Below, piece by piece: positions 60,200 to 64,000 of a stretch of DNA of 64,000 bases (the stretch's first letter is position 1; each line of letters starts with the position of its first letter). Below the pieces are notes generated by a model. The model saw only the letters and a program-made list of their open reading frames with translations, was not told where the DNA came from and did no database searches. Location: IMG/VR virus record IMGVR_UViG_3300019373_000270. One strand, given 5' to 3'. The stretch comes from an uncultured virus (IMG/VR IMGVR_UViG_3300019373_000270). Taxonomy: Duplodnaviria > Heunggongvirae > Uroviricota > Caudoviricetes. Made by a program: the position numbers and the translations under genes.

Positions 60200-60886
60200 A
60201 TGTGTACTTGGTTCTATGCCGATTATAAGCCTTTATCGGCTATTATTGATAAGGCACAACAACTGTCGCTTACCGACAGCATAATGAACGCTATGTCAAA
60301 ACCTAAAACTATGTCTGGCAATATCCGTCCTACTGATATGGCAGCGGTGTTTGCTCCGAATAAGCAAGGCAATATGGCTGTGTTCCCGATGATATGGGGC
60401 TTCACGGTCGAACAATCATCAAAACCGCTTATCAACTGTCGTATTGAAACAGCCGATCAAAAGCCTTTATGGAAGGACTCTTGGTTCAGGCGGAGATGTG
60501 TTATTCCGGCATCATGGTACTACGAATGGGGCATACCGCCCTCCGAGGTCGGCTATCATAACGCCAATGAGCAGCACAAGATAAAAAAAGAAAAGTATGC
60601 GATTCAACCTGAAGGAGCTGAGATCACATACCTCGCCGGATTGTACCGTTTTGAGGAACATCGTGGAGTACAGATACCAATGTTTGCCGTCATAACAAGG
60701 GAATCGGTCGAACCCGTAAGCTCTATCCATGACCGAATGCCACTTATCCTCGGCAAAGACAGCTTGCGTGAATGGGTGCGCCCTGACGGTGATCCCAGCA
60801 GAATAGCGAAAAAGGCTTTGACGAATATGGTCATGGAGAAAGCGGTTGACTATCCTGAGCCGAAGCCGGAGTTTATGCAGATATAA
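60200..60886 (+). CDS. SOS response-associated peptidase (SRAP/YedK/HMCES family)
   Basis: N-terminal MC, NIRPT, MIWGF, LINCRIET, RRCVIPASWYYEW, IHDRMPLIL. Confidence 0.92.
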   Translation: MCTWFYADYKPLSAIIDKAQQLSLTDSIMNAMSKPKTMSGNIRPTDMAAVFAPNKQGNMAVFPMIWGFTVEQSSKPLINCRIETADQKPLWKDSWFRRRCVIPASWYYEWGIPPSEVGYHNANEQHKIKKEKYAIQPEGAEITYLAGLYRFEEHRGVQIPMFAVITRESVEPVSSIHDRMPLILGKDSLREWVRPDGDPSRIAKKALTNMVMEKAVDYPEPKPEFMQI

Positions 60887-60914
60887 AATGGTGATAATGG
60901 AAGGAGCTTGAGAT

Positions 60915-61376
60915 ATGTTTTTCAAAAAAGCTAAAAAGGAAAAACAAGAAAACGAAACAATAAATAATGCAGTTTTCGGAGAGCTTGAATACGTTGACTG
61001 TGCGTGGGAAGGATATTCGGTAAGCTCGCTGTTTGGTGAAGAAAAGACTATTGATCTGTATGTATATGCTGATGAAGACGAAAAGACCATTGGAGAGCAT
61101 CAGGAAAAGGTATATCAGAATTATCTCAGGTATCGTATAGAAATCGAAGACGCTGTCAGAAAAGTCATTTTCAGAGAATTTAAGCTCCCGTATGATTTTG
61201 ACCTTACATCAAGATTCAGAGTAAGTTCGATAATAGTGACCTGTGACGGTAATTGCGGCTTGGCAATAGTTGACAACACCTATGAAATGGGACATAACCG
61301 TTTCAAATTTGTGGTCGAAACCGAACCTGATTATGAATTCACAGATTCAGAAGAATATTATATAGAAACTAAATGA
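60915..61376 (+). CDS. Hypothetical protein, immunity-protein-like
   Basis: NAVFGELEY..AW start typical of small acidic immunity-like proteins. Confidence 0.4.
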   Translation: MFFKKAKKEKQENETINNAVFGELEYVDCAWEGYSVSSLFGEEKTIDLYVYADEDEKTIGEHQEKVYQNYLRYRIEIEDAVRKVIFREFKLPYDFDLTSRFRVSSIIVTCDGNCGLAIVDNTYEMGHNRFKFVVETEPDYEFTDSEEYYIETK

Positions 61377-61419
61377 TAACAGGTAAATAAGATCACTTTC
61401 AAAAAAAGGGCGGTGAAAC

Positions 61420-62913
61420 ATGAACAAGGTATATGTAGCGATAGACCTCAAATCCTTCTATGCATCATGCGAGTGCGTAGAGCTTGGGCTTGATCCGCTG
61501 AACACAAATCTTGTGGTAGCAGATCAGAGCCGCACCGAAAAGACGATATGCCTTGCCGTTTCGCCGTCACTGAAAAGCTACGGAATTTCGGGCAGAGCAA
61601 GGCTGTTTGAGGTCGTGCAGCGTGTGAAAGAAGTCAATGAACAGCGGCAACGGAAAGCTCCCAACAGACAGCTCACGGACAAGAGCTTCATCTACTCGGA
61701 GCTTATTTCAAATCCGTCCCTCGCCGTTGACTATGTGGTAGCGACTCCGCAGATGGCGCACTATATGAAAGTGAGCGCCGATATTTACGGCATTTATCTG
61801 AAATACGTTGCTCCAGAAGATATTTTCGCATACTCGGTGGACGAGGTTTTCATTGATGCAACTGGCTATCTCAGCACCTACCATACGGACGGTCACGGTT
61901 TTGCTCGTATGCTGATACAAGATGTGCTTGACACAACGGGTATCACGGCTACGGCAGGAGTCGGCACGAATATGTTTCTGTGCAAGGTCGCTATGGATAT
62001 TGTGGCGAAACATATTCCGGCGGATAAGGACGGTGTGCGTATCGCAGAGCTTGACGAGCAGACTTTCAAGGATAAATGGTGGTCGCACACGCCGATCACG
62101 GACTTCTGGAGAGTAGGTGCAGGAACGGCAAAGCGCCTTGAAACGCTCCATATCTATACTATGGGCGATATTGCGAGATATTCCCTTGACCGCTATCATA
62201 TCGGCAAACTGTATAAGCTCCTAGGTAAAAATGCAGAGCTGCTAATAGATCATGCGTGGGGCATTGAACCGACTACCATAGCCGATGTGAAAGCCTACAA
62301 GCCGTCAAACAACAGTATTACATCGGGACAAGTCCTGCAAGAGCCTTGCGACTATGACCGAACACGACTGATCGTGTGGGAAATGGCGGATATGCTCTCC
62401 CTTGACTTGGTGGATAAAGGGCTTGTGACAAATCAGATCGTACTGACTATTGGCTATGACCGTGAGAGCCTTGCGGACGGTCACTATCGGGGCGAAGTGG
62501 TTTCCGACCGCTACGGCAGACAAGTTCCGAAACACGCCCACGGTACACAGAACCTCGATAAGCACACATCGTCCACAAGGAAAATGGTCGAAGCGACAAT
62601 GACGCTTTTTGACCGTATATTCGATAAAACTCTGCTTGCAAGGCGAATAAACCTTGTTGCCTGCAATGTCATCAAGGAAAGCGATGTGCCTGAGAGCGAG
62701 AGCTACGAACAGCTTTCCCTGTTCGATACGGAAGAAACAATACAAGACCGTGTGGACGATGAGAAGGCGCTTGAAAAAGAAAGAGCATTGCAGGAAGCGA
62801 TTCTCACGATCAAGCATAAATTCGGAAAGAATGCCGTTCTGAAAGGTACGAATTTTACGGAAGGTGCTACGGCGAAGGAGCGTAACCGGCAAATTGGCGG
62901 GCATAAGGCTTGA
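61420..62913 (+). CDS. Y-family DNA polymerase (ImpB/MucB/UmuC type)
   Basis: IDLKSFYASCEC, YSVDEVFID, TGITATAGVG, DFWRVG, KFGKNAV...ERNRQIGGH. Confidence 0.93.
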   Translation: MNKVYVAIDLKSFYASCECVELGLDPLNTNLVVADQSRTEKTICLAVSPSLKSYGISGRARLFEVVQRVKEVNEQRQRKAPNRQLTDKSFIYSELISNPSLAVDYVVATPQMAHYMKVSADIYGIYLKYVAPEDIFAYSVDEVFIDATGYLSTYHTDGHGFARMLIQDVLDTTGITATAGVGTNMFLCKVAMDIVAKHIPADKDGVRIAELDEQTFKDKWWSHTPITDFWRVGAGTAKRLETLHIYTMGDIARYSLDRYHIGKLYKLLGKNAELLIDHAWGIEPTTIADVKAYKPSNNSITSGQVLQEPCDYDRTRLIVWEMADMLSLDLVDKGLVTNQIVLTIGYDRESLADGHYRGEVVSDRYGRQVPKHAHGTQNLDKHTSSTRKMVEATMTLFDRIFDKTLLARRINLVACNVIKESDVPESESYEQLSLFDTEETIQDRVDDEKALEKERALQEAILTIKHKFGKNAVLKGTNFTEGATAKERNRQIGGHKA

Positions 62914-62921
62914 GGTGGTAT

Positions 62922-63323
62922 ATGAAAAGAATAATTGGAAATGTTGGATGTTTTCGCCTTCCTGATGGAAGATACGGCTTTGGAAGAATATACACTGATG
63001 CGTGTGTAGCATTTTATAAGCATATAGGCACTTCTGAAACAGATTTACCCCAAAATGAGGATTATGCTTTCATAGTTGGTTTATACAATAGCGGTATAAC
63101 CCAAATGAAACTTGTAGAAAAACGACCATTCCATTCACTTGAAGAATCTATACCGCCTTCTACTAAGGTACATGATCCGATTTCCGGCAAGTATAGTATC
63201 TATAAAAACGGTGAATTATTTCCGTCATCTTATGAAGAATGTAAAGAGCTTGAAACTTGTGCAGTATGGGAATTGAACCATGTAATCGACAGACTTATGG
63301 GTGATGATAAATGGAATATTTGA
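62922..63323 (+). CDS. Imm26-like immunity protein
   Basis: GNVGCFRLPDGRYGFGRI...LETCAVW..NHVIDRL. Confidence 0.55.
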   Translation: MKRIIGNVGCFRLPDGRYGFGRIYTDACVAFYKHIGTSETDLPQNEDYAFIVGLYNSGITQMKLVEKRPFHSLEESIPPSTKVHDPISGKYSIYKNGELFPSSYEECKELETCAVWELNHVIDRLMGDDKWNI

Positions 63324-63338
63324 AAAAATAAGGAATGA

Positions 63339-63758
63339 TTGGATATGCCCAATAATTACGATGATATAAAACACCTCACTCGTCCGCAGTATGACGATCT
63401 GCACCCTATGTCAATGCACGACAGGGCGGCACAGTTCTCACCCTTTGCGGCACTTGTGGGCTATGACGATGCCGTTGCCGAGACTGCAAGGCTGACCGAC
63501 AGCAAGGTAGAGCTGACAGAGGACGAAATGTCTGAGCTAAACGCTAATCTGAATCGCCTGCTTGACAGCTTGGACGAACAACCGCAGATCAGCGTAACTT
63601 ACTTCGTTCCCGATGAAAAGAAGTCGGGCGGTAAGTATGTGGAAAAGCAAGGTGTGGTGCGGATATTTGATAGCTATTCACAGGAGCTTATCTTCAAAGA
63701 CAGGTTCAGGATAAACATTCAGGATATAATCAAGATAGAGTTCAAAGGGGAGTGCTGA
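63339..63758 (+). CDS. YolD-like protein
   Basis: YDDIKHL.RP...MSMHDRAAQFSPFAALVGY. Confidence 0.85.
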   Translation: MDMPNNYDDIKHLTRPQYDDLHPMSMHDRAAQFSPFAALVGYDDAVAETARLTDSKVELTEDEMSELNANLNRLLDSLDEQPQISVTYFVPDEKKSGGKYVEKQGVVRIFDSYSQELIFKDRFRINIQDIIKIEFKGEC

Positions 63759-63760
63759 CC

Positions 63761-64000
63761 GAGTCTATCCAAAAATTTGTGTAAACCTCCAAAGTAGTGT
63801 GTAATAGAAGAGCCACTACTTTGGAGGTTTTAATAACGACCGAATTCGGAAAACAGCTCAGAATGAACCGAAGCATACAGGCTGAAGGCGTATTCGGAGT
63901 GCTGAAACAGGACTATGGCTTCAGAAGATTCCTGTGCAGGGGCAAAAATAACATCATAACTGAGTTCCTTTTGCTGGGACTTGCATACAACATAAAGAAG
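63761..64000 (+). mobile_element. IS remnant: IS terminal sequence followed directly by a C-terminal fragment of an IS1182-family transposase
   Basis: 63833-64000 reads ITTEFGKQLRMNRSIQAEGVFGVLKQDYGFRRFLCRG...LAYNIKK; 17-bp inverted repeat 63783-63830. Confidence 0.75.

Noticed and set aside
1..64000. Prophage or jumbo phage
   Set aside because: No recognisable terminase, portal, capsid or tail genes; Tad pili, sortase and TopB favour a plasmid/ICE-like element, though this cannot be settled from one window.

Overview
AT-rich, Firmicutes-type (Clostridia/Ruminococcaceae-like) DNA that looks like part of a large extrachromosomal or integrative element. I see no ribosomal or core housekeeping operons and no recognisable phage capsid or tail genes. 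From left to right the window holds: a complete Tad/Flp pilus locus (1-9635); DNA-processing genes (DUF932-like, a putative ssDNA-annealing protein, DnaQ-like exonuclease, RecJ, SbcC-like ATPase, type IA topoisomerase); two very large acidic proteins; sortase B and a CAP-domain protein; a MoxR AAA/VWA pair; a nucleotidase-guanylate kinase fusion; a ~2.8 kb repeat-rich non-coding region resembling an origin or partition site (46.7-49.5 kb); an 18-tRNA array (50.3-53.0 kb); clpS-clpA; a sigma-region-4/alphaCTD-like fusion; and a SRAP-umuC-yolD cassette ending in an IS remnant. The main finding is that the tRNA array is built as three operons of six tRNAs. Each operon has a consensus sigmaA promoter, an unannotated leader peptide and mutually exclusive 1:2 / 2:3 / 3:4 RNA helices ending in an intrinsic terminator. 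Each leader is enriched in codons for the amino acids of its own downstream tRNAs (Leu/Glu; Phe/Gln/Cys/Trp; Tyr/Ser). This suggests ribosome-mediated attenuation that switches on back-up tRNAs, several of them structurally atypical, when decoding of those codons stalls. Two element-wide motifs were also found: an AATTTTC-N3-TATAAT promoter class and a GATAAYYGGAG 5'-UTR hairpin. All protein family calls are by-eye motif recognition, not database searches.
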